IMG/VR virus record: IMGVR_UViG_3300024503_000015
Span: 1-64,000 of that record
Strand: one strand, 5' to 3'
Length of the DNA: 64,000 bases
The position numbers and the translations under genes are program-made. Under the pieces are notes generated by a model, which saw nothing but the letters and a program-made list of their open reading frames with translations, was not told the DNA's origin and did not search any database. Position 1 is the stretch's first letter. The number at the start of each line of letters is the position of its first letter. This document shows, piece by piece, positions 28,082-37,355 of the stretch.

Positions 28082-28465
28082 TTATACTACTATGTTTCTG
28101 CTTTCCAGTAAGTCGCCTTGACCTTGTTGACGATATCCTAGGGTAGATATCTTTTGTCTGTTATAGTTAAGGACTTCTGCAACTACGGCACTAAGTTTAA
28201 TATCTTCCAGACCTTTTAGTGTGTCTAACAATGTAAACACATTTACGCCGTCTATTTTAGCCTGTTGTAATAATACAATAGCAGTGGCTTGGCTGGCCAG
28301 ATCGTCAAAGCCTCTTTTTTGAAAGAAGCCAACTGTGGCATCGATTTGATCTGCTGGAAAACTAATAGGCTCAATGAAATAAGCATCAAAAAATGATTTT
28401 ACTTTTTCACCGGAATCTGTTTGCTCTGTTTGCGGTAAGTTACTGCTCTGTGATATGTTTGACAT
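28082..28465 (-). CDS. hypothetical structural-cluster protein
   Basis: 127-aa ORF coupled in a late operon. Confidence 0.7.
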   Translation of the reverse strand: MSNISQSSNLPQTEQTDSGEKVKSFFDAYFIEPISFPADQIDATVGFFQKRGFDDLASQATAIVLLQQAKIDGVNVFTLLDTLKGLEDIKLSAVVAEVLNYNRQKISTLGYRQQGQGDLLESRNIVV

Positions 28466-28467
28466 GA

Positions 28468-29967
28468 TTATCCTAAAAATCCTGGTAGTTTTGCTATAGC
28501 AGCCGACGCAATATTTGATACAGTTGGATCATTATTTTCTAATGCCTTTATTACGGCTGCTTCGGCTTGTGCTTTTGTTGCCGCTGGCAACGAGTCGTAT
28601 GCTTGCGCGGCCTGCTGAGGAGTAATTGCGATTCCGGCAGTTGCTCCGGCTGTGACTGCAACACCTGTAGCGAATCCTGCAACAAACCCATTGGCAAAGG
28701 CTTGTCGTGCTACTGCTGCCTTTGCCGCTGGATTGTTATTTAAAGTTTTGATCATTTGATCATTTGTCTTTCCAGAACTAGCAGCCACCGGTGCAAGTGC
28801 TTTAGTTGGTGCATTAGCCGCACTACTTGCCTTTTTAGGGAACAATACATTAGCCACACCGCTAACGTCAATTCCTGTGCTGGCACCAAGTGCAGATTTA
28901 AAAATACTAAATCCTTCTTCGCGTAGTCCTTCTTTAGTTAGTTTCTTAGCATTGTTATAAACGTTAATGCCTTTAATTAGTGTACCTAGTGTGAATCCAT
29001 TGCCGCCTGGTCCGAGATCACTAAGGATATCACCGATGCCACCAAGTACGCCGCCTTGACCAAACAAACTAGTTACACCGCCGCCTAATAATCCTAATGG
29101 GCTAGGCTGATTATCATAAAACTCTGTAGCAAATCCTTTTGGATTGCCACGACTAACTGCGCCGGCACCATATATAACTGCTTCATAGGCAACCTGCATG
29201 GTGTTACCAGATGCTTCTGTACTGCTGGTAGCAAGACTGTCATGACTCCAACTTGTAATTACTGGATTAATTAATGTATAACTCTGATACTGATGTCTTG
29301 CTAATTGGAATATTTGAATGCTACTAAAGAAAGGAGCACCGCTACCATTATCTAGGCCATAACGATATGTGTTTAGTGCGGAGCCTTTGTAACTATTACG
29401 CTGATAAGCGGCAGGCACACCTGCATCTGAGCTACCTAGGAATCCTTTAACTGCGCCTAGTAGTCCATTGCTTCCAGGTATAAAGCCTGCTATTAAATTT
29501 CCTACACCAGACAATAATGATCCTGCGGCAGATGATCCTGCACTACCGCCATGTTTACTGTCTGCAAAATAATAACCATAATACATAGCCCATAGGTTTG
29601 TTGTTAGGCCAAAGTTGTCATCATGAAATCCAACGCTAATTGGATCATATTCTAACTTAGTATGGATTTGTCTTTTTCTGTTATATTGTATTGGCTTTTC
29701 AACCTGAGCTCTAAACTTAGGAAGATCAATAGACTTAACCAACATATTGATAGCAGTACCGTGTTTCTGAATATCAAATTTTGCTGATCCTAAAGCACGT
29801 GGATTAATGTTGAATACCACGTGATACATCCACTTGCCTTTGGGAGCAAGTCGCATAGCCTGACTATTATAAAGTCTTGCCGCGTGTTGGAAATCGCCTA
29901 GCGTACCTTTAGGGTTACCTAGTCCTTGTCCTACGTTGTTTAAAAATCCGTTGAGTATGTTTGCCAT
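28468..29967 (-). CDS. tail-tube-fold baseplate/tube initiator protein (gp54/gp48-like)
   Basis: VKSIDLPKF..QYNRKR..YDPISVGFHDD tube-like motif; Gly/Ala-rich C-terminus. Confidence 0.6.
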   Translation of the reverse strand: MANILNGFLNNVGQGLGNPKGTLGDFQHAARLYNSQAMRLAPKGKWMYHVVFNINPRALGSAKFDIQKHGTAINMLVKSIDLPKFRAQVEKPIQYNRKRQIHTKLEYDPISVGFHDDNFGLTTNLWAMYYGYYFADSKHGGSAGSSAAGSLLSGVGNLIAGFIPGSNGLLGAVKGFLGSSDAGVPAAYQRNSYKGSALNTYRYGLDNGSGAPFFSSIQIFQLARHQYQSYTLINPVITSWSHDSLATSSTEASGNTMQVAYEAVIYGAGAVSRGNPKGFATEFYDNQPSPLGLLGGGVTSLFGQGGVLGGIGDILSDLGPGGNGFTLGTLIKGINVYNNAKKLTKEGLREEGFSIFKSALGASTGIDVSGVANVLFPKKASSAANAPTKALAPVAASSGKTNDQMIKTLNNNPAAKAAVARQAFANGFVAGFATGVAVTAGATAGIAITPQQAAQAYDSLPAATKAQAEAAVIKALENNDPTVSNIASAAIAKLPGFLG

Positions 29968-29972
29968 ATAAT

Positions 29973-29979
29973 TATTTAT
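29973..29979 (-). promoter_or_regulatory. late promoter box
   Basis: GATAAATA 5 nt before ATG 29967. Confidence 0.65.
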
Positions 29980-30006
29980 CGGCTAAGAAAAAGTGTGCAG
30001 ATAAAG

Positions 30007-30031
30007 AAAAAGGACACCGAAGTGTCCTTTT
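30007..30031 (-). terminator. intrinsic terminator with UUCG loop after the tail tube gene
   Basis: AAAAGGACAC-TTCG-GTGTCCTTTT. Confidence 0.85.
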
Positions 30032-30050
30032 ATATTGCTCCCGGAACTAA

Positions 30051-30671
30051 TTATCCACCTGTAGCGAGAGTTCCTAGAGCTCTTCCTACTGCTGTACCAA
30101 CGCCAGTGCCTTGTGGGCTCTGGATTGCGTTATCGTACTGAATAGTTAAATCAATAGTTACTGCGTCGTTACTACCGTAGTTTACAGTACCATAAGATGC
30201 TGTTGTTAAGAAGCATCCATAAATTTCCCAAGTTTCTAAAACTGTAGGAACGTTAGCACCGTTACCACCGTCCAACATTTCTAATCTAGTAGTAAACTTA
30301 TAGTCAATACCAGATGCTGCCGAACTTTGTTCAAAAAAGTCAAATTGTTTCTGTAGTTGCTCACCGACTAACTTTTGCACTTCACCTGTGGCATCGTCAC
30401 GCAATTTGCATGTGATTGGGTTCCACTTGTGTTTACCAGCCATGTAAACACGGCTGTTGTACACTGGTAATTCTACAGAATCAAATGTTACTTCTGGACG
30501 TTTTGCTTCAACAACTTGCTTGGTTAAGTTTGTTGTTGGTGTTGATACCCCAAAATTCTCAAATGAAATTCTGAATCTGTAAGACAGTTTAGGCATCAAC
30601 AAGCCTTGAGAGCTTGCTGACTGGTCACTGGCTAAGGGCACCGATAATCTGCTTAGTGTTGAAATAGACAT
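30051..30671 (-). CDS. gp19: tail tube protein (gp19-like)
   Basis: YMAGKHKWNPITCKLRDD, WEIYGCF, LTIQYDNA; directly after the sheath gene. Confidence 0.85.
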   Translation of the reverse strand: MSISTLSRLSVPLASDQSASSQGLLMPKLSYRFRISFENFGVSTPTTNLTKQVVEAKRPEVTFDSVELPVYNSRVYMAGKHKWNPITCKLRDDATGEVQKLVGEQLQKQFDFFEQSSAASGIDYKFTTRLEMLDGGNGANVPTVLETWEIYGCFLTTASYGTVNYGSNDAVTIDLTIQYDNAIQSPQGTGVGTAVGRALGTLATGG

Positions 30672-30691
30672 TCTCTATAATCTCCTGTAAT

Positions 30692-30698
30692 TATTTAT
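30692..30698 (-). promoter_or_regulatory. late promoter box
   Basis: GATAAATA followed by AGGAGA RBS upstream of the tube gene. Confidence 0.65.
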
Positions 30699-30705
30699 CT
30701 TAGCC

Positions 30706-33700
30706 TTATAGCCCTGCAATCTCGCCAGTATTCTTCAAGCGTACTGGAATGTAAATGAATTCCACAGCCTTAACTGGTTCAATAGCAATGTCTACATACA
30801 ATTCGTTTCTATCGATTCTGTTAGGTGTATTGTTACTTTCGTCACAAACAACTAAGAAGTCGTATAGAGCACGTTGTCCGACTAACTCTAACAACAGACT
30901 TTCAACCTGTTGCTTGATTTCGTCCCTAGTGATCTTGTCATTAGGTTCGAAGATGTATGGTTTAGCAAGTTTGTTCAACTGGCTACGTAGGTAAATTACC
31001 AAACGTGCTACGTTGATTCTATCTAGGGCAGAAGCGTTTCTTGCACGAGTCTTCTGTCCAAAGTTTACTAAACCTGCTCCAGTGAAGAATGTGATTGGGT
31101 TAACTTTTACGTTATACAATGTATCACGTTGTCCTTCATTTAGAGCAACTGATTGGAACTCGCCTTCTGCTGTTACATAACCAACTGCTGTTGCGTTAGT
31201 AATGCCGCCACGACGTGTTCCTGCTGGTGCAAACCATGGATAACTTACTTGGTCACTTAGTGCAATCATACGGCAAATCATGTGACTTGGAGGAACAGCA
31301 ATATCGCGTCCTGCATTGTCACTTGTAAAGCCCCATGGATAGAACACACCTAAGTATTCATCGTAACTTACAAGTCCGTTATCATCGTCTTGTAGACTTA
31401 GAGCAACGTTGTTACCCCAGTCGTTAATTGTTGTAGCATCTGGAGTTAAGCGTGGAGGAGTATCGCCTACAACAAAAGTTGTTAAACCTCTGTCATAGTT
31501 CAATGAAACCATTTCGCCAATTAGCTCTGGATATCCTGGGCAAGCCATTAAGTTGAATGAACGAACTTCTGTATCGCGGATATCTTCGTTGCTGTTTACC
31601 AATGCTTGTAATGCTTGGATAATAACCTTACGCTGTGCATGACGTCCAAATGAACCGCTACCATCTGCTTGGTTACCAGATTCAGTAACCCAACGATGTG
31701 GATAGTAGGCTTCCATTGATACATCGCCCATACGTCCGTTGTCTGCTTGTAGGTCAACATAATTGCGCTTGAAACGCTTAACGTTGAAGCCACTGCGACG
31801 TAGGTTGAATAGAATCATACCACGTGGATATAGTGCAGGATCTGGAGCATCGAAGTCTAGGAAATCGCTATTCCATAAGTCTGCGATTGTGCTAGGGTTC
31901 ATTTCGCCACCGCTAGTTGCCCAACGTGCATCGGCAAATAATACGCCGTTTTCTGTTGTTTGATCTGATGTGTCTAATGTTACCCACTTCAATGTATCAC
32001 CGTTCCAACGTTTGATTACTGGATAGTTTTCAATGTCGCTGGTGTCGATCCAAAGTTGTCCATCTGCTTCTGCATTGATTTCTGTAGTGCCATCTGCGAA
32101 CATTGTTGGTTCAGAAGCACTTACAATAGGACCTGCTGGGTCTGTGTTTGGATAACCGCCAACGGCCTTTCCATAACCTACCCAAGTACTACCATCGTGT
32201 ACCATAATATCCACTTCATCAACAACTGAACTATACCATAGTTCGCCGTCTGCAACTAGTGTAGTTGGAGCGGCTGTGTCAATGAAATAACTTTGTGTTG
32301 TGCCAGCAAATGTACGTGGAATCCAGTTAGAAGCAACATACTCGTATGTTGCATCAGATTCGCCTAGAATATAAACGTTAGTGTTCTCGCTGATAAATCC
32401 TAGTCTACCAACTGCTGAAGCACCTGTTGCGCTGTCGCCAACGTCAGCAAAACGAATATCGCCACCAACTGTGTTTTCAATCTTAACACGGTTGTCTGAG
32501 GTTACGCTGGCTTCAATAGCACCAATGTTAGCACTATTAATTGCGGCTGCGATGTTTGCGGCTGTTGTTGCGGCCACACCTGATGCAGTAAATGTTACAA
32601 CACCTTGCGCTAGTGTAGCACTACCTGCTTGTCCAGCACCAAGGCTAATAGCATAATCTTGTCCAGAAGTTAATGTTGTTAAACCAATTTGAACTGTATT
32701 AACTACTGTTGAACCGCTACGTGCTCTACGCATTACACGGAATTCTGCTAAAGGCTGTGCAAATTCATCGTAATTGTATTGTACATACACAGAATTAACA
32801 GGAATACCAATACCGCCCTTAGTTGGGTCAATACCGTAGTTTGCCGCTTGGTTAGTAGCATACAACGGAGCACTGGCTTCGTCCCATAACTGTGTAGTAC
32901 CGTTGTAAATCTTAACTCTCCAACGAGCACCTAAGTTAGGTTCAGTTGTCTTCATCCATACAGAACCTGTAGGACGAGCAATGTTTCCGCTCTTATTACG
33001 CTTCCATAATGGAACGTCTGTATGCGGACTAATCTTGAAATCTGGAGCATAATATGTTCCAGCAACAATACCTAGTTGAGAAATGTTTGTACTTGCGCTG
33101 GTAACTTCGATACTGTTAACATCGTTTGTAGTTGCAAATAAATGCACTTGACCATTCACAACACGAGCACCTACTCCTGGAACTTGTCCATCTAATGCTG
33201 TTGCTACTTCTGTGGCTGTTCCGCCCGAGAATGGCACAGATGATCCAGGTGTTACGCCGTTTACTACAATAGTCATAGCGCCTGAAGTATATGGTGCGGC
33301 ACTAACAGTAGCAGTTGGAGTTACCACAGGATGAGCTGTTGCCCATGCGCTAGAACCAATCTGTACCCATGTTGCTGTACCAACTGAACCATCATCTTCA
33401 AATTGGCTCTTGTAATAAACTTTTACCAAGTGGCCAGTTGATGTGTTGTCAGCATTGTATGAAATTGCGTATGTACCAACTGCACCAACGCTGTTTGCTG
33501 GAGTACCAGTTGTAACGATTGTTGGAACTTTGTTAGTAAAACTCTGTCCGCCTGTTGAAGTAGCGGCAGCACCGTTCCATTCAAAAATACCATATGTAGT
33601 TGCATCGCTGTCTAACCAGAATGTACCATCTGCTGGTGCACCGCCTGGAGCGTCTGCGCTTGCCACTAGTTTTTCCAAGTCTAAGTCAGCGCGAACAACG

Positions 33701-34023
33701 AATGCACTATTACTTACACCTAAATAACTGTAAGCGGCTTGTAGGCCGTATTCGTTCAACTCACCCGCATGTATTGGATTGTTGTTAGCGTCAACACGGA
33801 ATGTTGGGTCGCCAAATGTGTCAACTAAATCACGTTGACTTGTAATTAAATAAACCTTGCCGGCGTTAGCGGCTAGTGTACCTGATGCTGTACCTGTACC
33901 AGCACCGTTAGTTTTGTCCTGTGCCGAAGCAACAATAAACAGTGGGCGTGTACCGGGTTCAGCAGGTGTGTAAAAACTTTCGTCAATTACGGAAACCTGT
34001 ACGCCTGGGGAAGTTAAAGCCAT
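30706..34023 (-). CDS. gp18: tail sheath protein (gp18-like), enlarged
   Basis: SPGVQVSVIDES, PWFAPAGTRRG, DRINVARL, FEPND, IEPVKAVEFIYIP. Confidence 0.95.
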   Translation of the reverse strand: MALTSPGVQVSVIDESFYTPAEPGTRPLFIVASAQDKTNGAGTGTASGTLAANAGKVYLITSQRDLVDTFGDPTFRVDANNNPIHAGELNEYGLQAAYSYLGVSNSAFVVRADLDLEKLVASADAPGGAPADGTFWLDSDATTYGIFEWNGAAATSTGGQSFTNKVPTIVTTGTPANSVGAVGTYAISYNADNTSTGHLVKVYYKSQFEDDGSVGTATWVQIGSSAWATAHPVVTPTATVSAAPYTSGAMTIVVNGVTPGSSVPFSGGTATEVATALDGQVPGVGARVVNGQVHLFATTNDVNSIEVTSASTNISQLGIVAGTYYAPDFKISPHTDVPLWKRNKSGNIARPTGSVWMKTTEPNLGARWRVKIYNGTTQLWDEASAPLYATNQAANYGIDPTKGGIGIPVNSVYVQYNYDEFAQPLAEFRVMRRARSGSTVVNTVQIGLTTLTSGQDYAISLGAGQAGSATLAQGVVTFTASGVAATTAANIAAAINSANIGAIEASVTSDNRVKIENTVGGDIRFADVGDSATGASAVGRLGFISENTNVYILGESDATYEYVASNWIPRTFAGTTQSYFIDTAAPTTLVADGELWYSSVVDEVDIMVHDGSTWVGYGKAVGGYPNTDPAGPIVSASEPTMFADGTTEINAEADGQLWIDTSDIENYPVIKRWNGDTLKWVTLDTSDQTTENGVLFADARWATSGGEMNPSTIADLWNSDFLDFDAPDPALYPRGMILFNLRRSGFNVKRFKRNYVDLQADNGRMGDVSMEAYYPHRWVTESGNQADGSGSFGRHAQRKVIIQALQALVNSNEDIRDTEVRSFNLMACPGYPELIGEMVSLNYDRGLTTFVVGDTPPRLTPDATTINDWGNNVALSLQDDDNGLVSYDEYLGVFYPWGFTSDNAGRDIAVPPSHMICRMIALSDQVSYPWFAPAGTRRGGITNATAVGYVTAEGEFQSVALNEGQRDTLYNVKVNPITFFTGAGLVNFGQKTRARNASALDRINVARLVIYLRSQLNKLAKPYIFEPNDKITRDEIKQQVESLLLELVGQRALYDFLVVCDESNNTPNRIDRNELYVDIAIEPVKAVEFIYIPVRLKNTGEIAGL

Positions 34024-34064
34024 ATCCTTATCTCCTAATTAGCTCTTCTTTTAAGCTCTAACAA

Positions 34065-34070
34065 TATTTA
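34065..34070 (-). promoter_or_regulatory. late promoter box for the sheath gene
   Basis: CTAAATA upstream of the AGGAGA RBS of gp18. Confidence 0.55.
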
Positions 34071-34129
34071 GCGGAGATTCGGTAAAATGCTCTGTTATAC
34101 AACCATGAAAAGGGTCCGAAAAGGGGTGG

Positions 34130-34137
34130 TATAAATA
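34130..34137 (+). promoter_or_regulatory. T4 late promoter consensus
   Basis: Perfect TATAAATA 4 nt before ATG 34142. Confidence 0.75.
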
Positions 34138-34141
34138 GTTT

Positions 34142-34477
34142 ATGCGACCTTTATGCAAGATCTGTCAAAAGAAACCCTGTGCTATAAACTATTACAAGGG
34201 TAAACGTGCTTATTATAGAACTAAGTGCGATGGTTGTGCCAGCGGCACTAGTCAAGGTATGCCTGTGTGGTACAGACTAGGTTATAGACAAAAAGATTAT
34301 TGCGAAAAATGCGGGTACAAAAGTAAGTTTAAAGAAGTGTTTAATGTCTTCCACGTAGACGGAGATTTAACTAACTGTAGACCCGCTAACCTTAAAACTG
34401 TGTGTGCAAATTGTCAACGGTCTTTACACCGCGAGGGAGTGAAGTGGCGGCAAGGAGATCTAACACCAGACTTCTAA
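34142..34477 (+). CDS. HNH-like zinc-binding endonuclease-family protein
   Basis: CxxC pairs; HVDGDLTNCRPANLKTVCANC. Confidence 0.75.
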   Translation: MRPLCKICQKKPCAINYYKGKRAYYRTKCDGCASGTSQGMPVWYRLGYRQKDYCEKCGYKSKFKEVFNVFHVDGDLTNCRPANLKTVCANCQRSLHREGVKWRQGDLTPDF

Positions 34478-35072
34478 CTTCAGCGTATAAGTCGTCTATA
34501 CTGCCGTTATTATCCAATACTACATCAAAGTCTGTACCTACCCAACTAGTTTCACTAGCATGGATTTTCTTCATTTTTAACTCGTTGATTGCCACATTAT
34601 TACCCTGATTTGCCTGCACAGCAGTATCATACCATTCAGGTAATTCGCCACGTTTTACCCATACAATAATGCCGCCAGCATCGCGAATTGATTTAATTTC
34701 GTTAGGAAATCTACAGTCCGAAATTACCACATCGTCTGGACTATTGCGTAGTTTGTTTTCTAAACTGGCGATCCAAATATCGTCGTGAAACCCTTTGCGA
34801 CATACTTCTGTACCCCAATATTGCAATATGTATCTTGGAGTAAGATTAGGCATATCTAAGCGTTCTGCCCACCAAGGATCTACCTGCTCACGCCATTCAC
34901 GGGCCGCTTTGGTGCGCCCTTCCAGCATGGTTCTGTCCCAACCAAATACTGCTGACACAGCATCTTTCAGCGTGTTAGCAAAACTTTCTCTTCTAAATTC
35001 GTGGAAATTAACCAGATAATCGGCAATAGTATCTTTGCCCGAACCAATAAACCCGCACACACCTATAATCAT
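34392..35072 (-). CDS. deoxynucleoside monophosphate kinase (T4 gp1-like)
   Basis: GFIGSGKDT, FANTLKD, PRYILQYWGTE, SDCRFPNE, HASE. Confidence 0.92.
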   Translation of the reverse strand: MIIGVCGFIGSGKDTIADYLVNFHEFRRESFANTLKDAVSAVFGWDRTMLEGRTKAAREWREQVDPWWAERLDMPNLTPRYILQYWGTEVCRKGFHDDIWIASLENKLRNSPDDVVISDCRFPNEIKSIRDAGGIIVWVKRGELPEWYDTAVQANQGNNVAINELKMKKIHASETSWVGTDFDVVLDNNGSIDDLYAEVRSLVLDLLAATSLPRGVKTVDNLHTQF

Positions 35073-35125
35073 ATGACCTCCGTTTATAGCCTATAATACA
35101 CTGGGCTAAACTAGTTGTCAAGTTT

Positions 35126-35482
35126 TTATACGCCGTATTTGTTCTTTTTTGGCTTTGCTACTGGACTAGTAGTATTGATAGTTTTGATTTCTGAACTATC
35201 GTTGGATGAGACTGCATTGGATTTGACACCCATAATCTTGTCTGCTTTTTTGATAATCTCACGGTCGGCTTCGGTATAACCCACAGTCAGCAACTTAGAT
35301 CCGTAAGGACCGTCTGTGTACATATCATCTTCCGGAGATGTAGCCAATGCTATACCATACCTGTAAGAATGATAAGGACTGCTGTTATCTAATGTTGGGT
35401 GTATTCTGCCGCCTGGCAAAGACGATTTAACACTTTTACGCAAAGGTTTTGTCGATTCATCTATAAATTCTTTAGCTCGCAT
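35126..35482 (-). CDS. putative internal head protein
   Basis: N-terminal MRAKEFIDES, like a capsid-targeting sequence. Confidence 0.55.
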   Translation of the reverse strand: MRAKEFIDESTKPLRKSVKSSLPGGRIHPTLDNSSPYHSYRYGIALATSPEDDMYTDGPYGSKLLTVGYTEADREIIKKADKIMGVKSNAVSSNDSSEIKTINTTSPVAKPKKNKYGV

Positions 35483-35484
35483 AA

Positions 35485-36261
35485 TTAACCTATGATAAAA
35501 GTATAACCTCTGCCGCCAGCAACCTGTGTGGCTAAATCTTTTTCAAGATTTTCAATTTCAGTTGTGGCTTCTGTTTTTAATGTAGCACCGTTTAGGCTAG
35601 TTCCGCCTTGTGGACCAGCAATCTGTGCGAACTTTTCACGTGCTTGTCCTAGCATTAGTTTACAGTTTGCCAAGGTGTAGTCCTTGACCCATTGTTGTGC
35701 ATAGACATCATTTAAGATACCAATGTCAGGGCGGTAATTATAGCAGTAGAGCAATAGCTCTTCATCCGAGTTTCGTGGACGCTGTAATAGTGTAAGTTTG
35801 TGTGATTGACTATGCCATTTAAATTCAATAAAACTACCAAACATACGACCGATCATTTCCTGGTACTGAGCAAATAGTTCGTAGGTTAATATACCGCCCA
35901 TATTGGAGCTCGAAAGCAGATATGTGTTTGTGTAGGCTAGGTTAAATGGTTCAAATATTGTACCACCCGATCCGCTACCGGTTCGTGAACCAATGCTTCT
36001 GCGGAATATTTGACGTACTTCTATAACCTCTTTAGGCAGAGTGTATGTGTTTTGATCTTGTACAGTAGTTAAGAACATATAACTTTCTTCTACTGAACTA
36101 TCGCCTCTCTGTCTGTATTTTCCTAGAGCACGTTCCAATGCTGTTTCGTAATGCTTAGGATCTAATTCCACATCAACCATGCCGTCGCCCAGCATGTTTT
36201 TGCAGTAGTCATAGACTGCTGTTTTTGCTTGTTGTAGTTCGTTGATTTCTGTAGTTGGCAT
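35485..36261 (-). CDS. gp13: neck protein (T4 gp13-like)
   Basis: LGDGMVDVELD, WVKDYTLANCK, KFAQIAGPQGGTSLNG. Confidence 0.85.
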   Translation of the reverse strand: MPTTEINELQQAKTAVYDYCKNMLGDGMVDVELDPKHYETALERALGKYRQRGDSSVEESYMFLTTVQDQNTYTLPKEVIEVRQIFRRSIGSRTGSGSGGTIFEPFNLAYTNTYLLSSSNMGGILTYELFAQYQEMIGRMFGSFIEFKWHSQSHKLTLLQRPRNSDEELLLYCYNYRPDIGILNDVYAQQWVKDYTLANCKLMLGQAREKFAQIAGPQGGTSLNGATLKTEATTEIENLEKDLATQVAGGRGYTFIIG

Positions 36262-36286
36262 GAGTCGGTTTCCGTGAATGCTCTAA

Positions 36287-36302
36287 TATTTAGCGTTAAA
36301 TA
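36287..36302. promoter_or_regulatory. divergent late promoter pair
   Basis: TATTTA-GCGT-TAAATA between gp13 (-) and the QueC-like operon (+). Confidence 0.6.
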
Positions 36303-36309
36303 CCCTGTG

Positions 36310-36771
36310 ATGCTAGACAATGAAACACACAAAGATTTAGACTTTTGGACTAATTTAAAGTGGCCGGCGGCTCCTAACGAGGACGATTATTGTGTCTTTG
36401 AACAATATTGCACGGGCAAAGTTTTACTGCTAGGAAGCACTAAAATGCTATTGCCTTTGTGTACAGAAGCATGGGATTTAGAACCTAAGTATGCGGATCC
36501 TAAGATTAAGAATCGAGACTGGTTTACACTAAACGAACATTGGGACACAATCATAGTAGACGGCGCATTAGCATTTGGTCAAGATTACTGCGAGAAACTA
36601 TTAAAAGTTGTGTTGCCTAATTGTAACAGATTCATAGCTCGTGCGTTCTTAAATCCCAACTGGCCTACCAAATATGCTGTGTACTTTCCTAGGGCAAACG
36701 AGCTAACTCCACAACCTAAAGAACATCCTATTAACGAAGTTTATACATTTTACATATGGAACAACAAATAA
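36310..36771 (+). CDS. possible degenerate class I SAM methyltransferase-fold protein
   Basis: KVLLLGST..WDLEP..WDTIIVDGAL pattern; start at MLDNET 7 nt after TAAATA. Confidence 0.45.
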   Translation: MLDNETHKDLDFWTNLKWPAAPNEDDYCVFEQYCTGKVLLLGSTKMLLPLCTEAWDLEPKYADPKIKNRDWFTLNEHWDTIIVDGALAFGQDYCEKLLKVVLPNCNRFIARAFLNPNWPTKYAVYFPRANELTPQPKEHPINEVYTFYIWNNK

Positions 36772-37355
36772 AACCTACTATCCTTGCCATGTACTCGGGC
36801 GGCTTAGACAGTCTAGGCATGGTTTACAAACTGCTAACAGAAGATGCGTATAAGGATTATGACATTCATATACATCATGTACACAACAAGAATGTAGAAC
36901 AGCGTTGGCGGGCTGAACAGATTGCTGTAGATCTAGCCACTAAAGAATTAAAACGATTAGGCTTTGAATTTGCCTACAGTGAAAGTGAAATAGGCACACA
37001 ACCGTTTGGTATGAACTTTTTATTTGACACAGATACTATGAATTTCTTTGCTGGCTATGTCTGTAGCGTTAATCCTGACATTAAAAAAGTTGCCATGGGT
37101 ATGCAGGCTAATGATCATAATCAACGCTTAGAGGATCGTCGTATTCGTGCTAACAAAATACTTGAAGCATTTACACCTGCTGAAAAGATATTTCCTGTAA
37201 TGAATATGACCAAGCGTGAGATCTATGACATGCTACCAGAAAGCCTGCGTAACATGTTTTGGAGTTGTCGTGTGCCTGTATACAGTGAAAAAAATATCAC
37301 ACCCTGTGGACGGTGTGATACTTGTCGTAAACTCAAAGAGCAAGGTATTCGTTAG
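36756..37355 (+). CDS. QueC-like PP-loop ATPase
   Basis: SGGLDS PP-loop; WSC..PCGRCDTC Zn site. Confidence 0.8.
   Translation: MEQQIKPTILAMYSGGLDSLGMVYKLLTEDAYKDYDIHIHHVHNKNVEQRWRAEQIAVDLATKELKRLGFEFAYSESEIGTQPFGMNFLFDTDTMNFFAGYVCSVNPDIKKVAMGMQANDHNQRLEDRRIRANKILEAFTPAEKIFPVMNMTKREIYDMLPESLRNMFWSCRVPVYSEKNITPCGRCDTCRKLKEQGIR

Noticed and set aside
34142-34477. Intron-borne or mobile homing endonuclease
   Set aside because: It does not interrupt a gene, no intron structure is seen, and it has its own late promoter.
36756-37355. Calling a 7-deazaguanine DNA modification system (queC/dpdA)
   Set aside because: No folE, queD, queE or dpdA in the window, so only a QueC-like call is supported.
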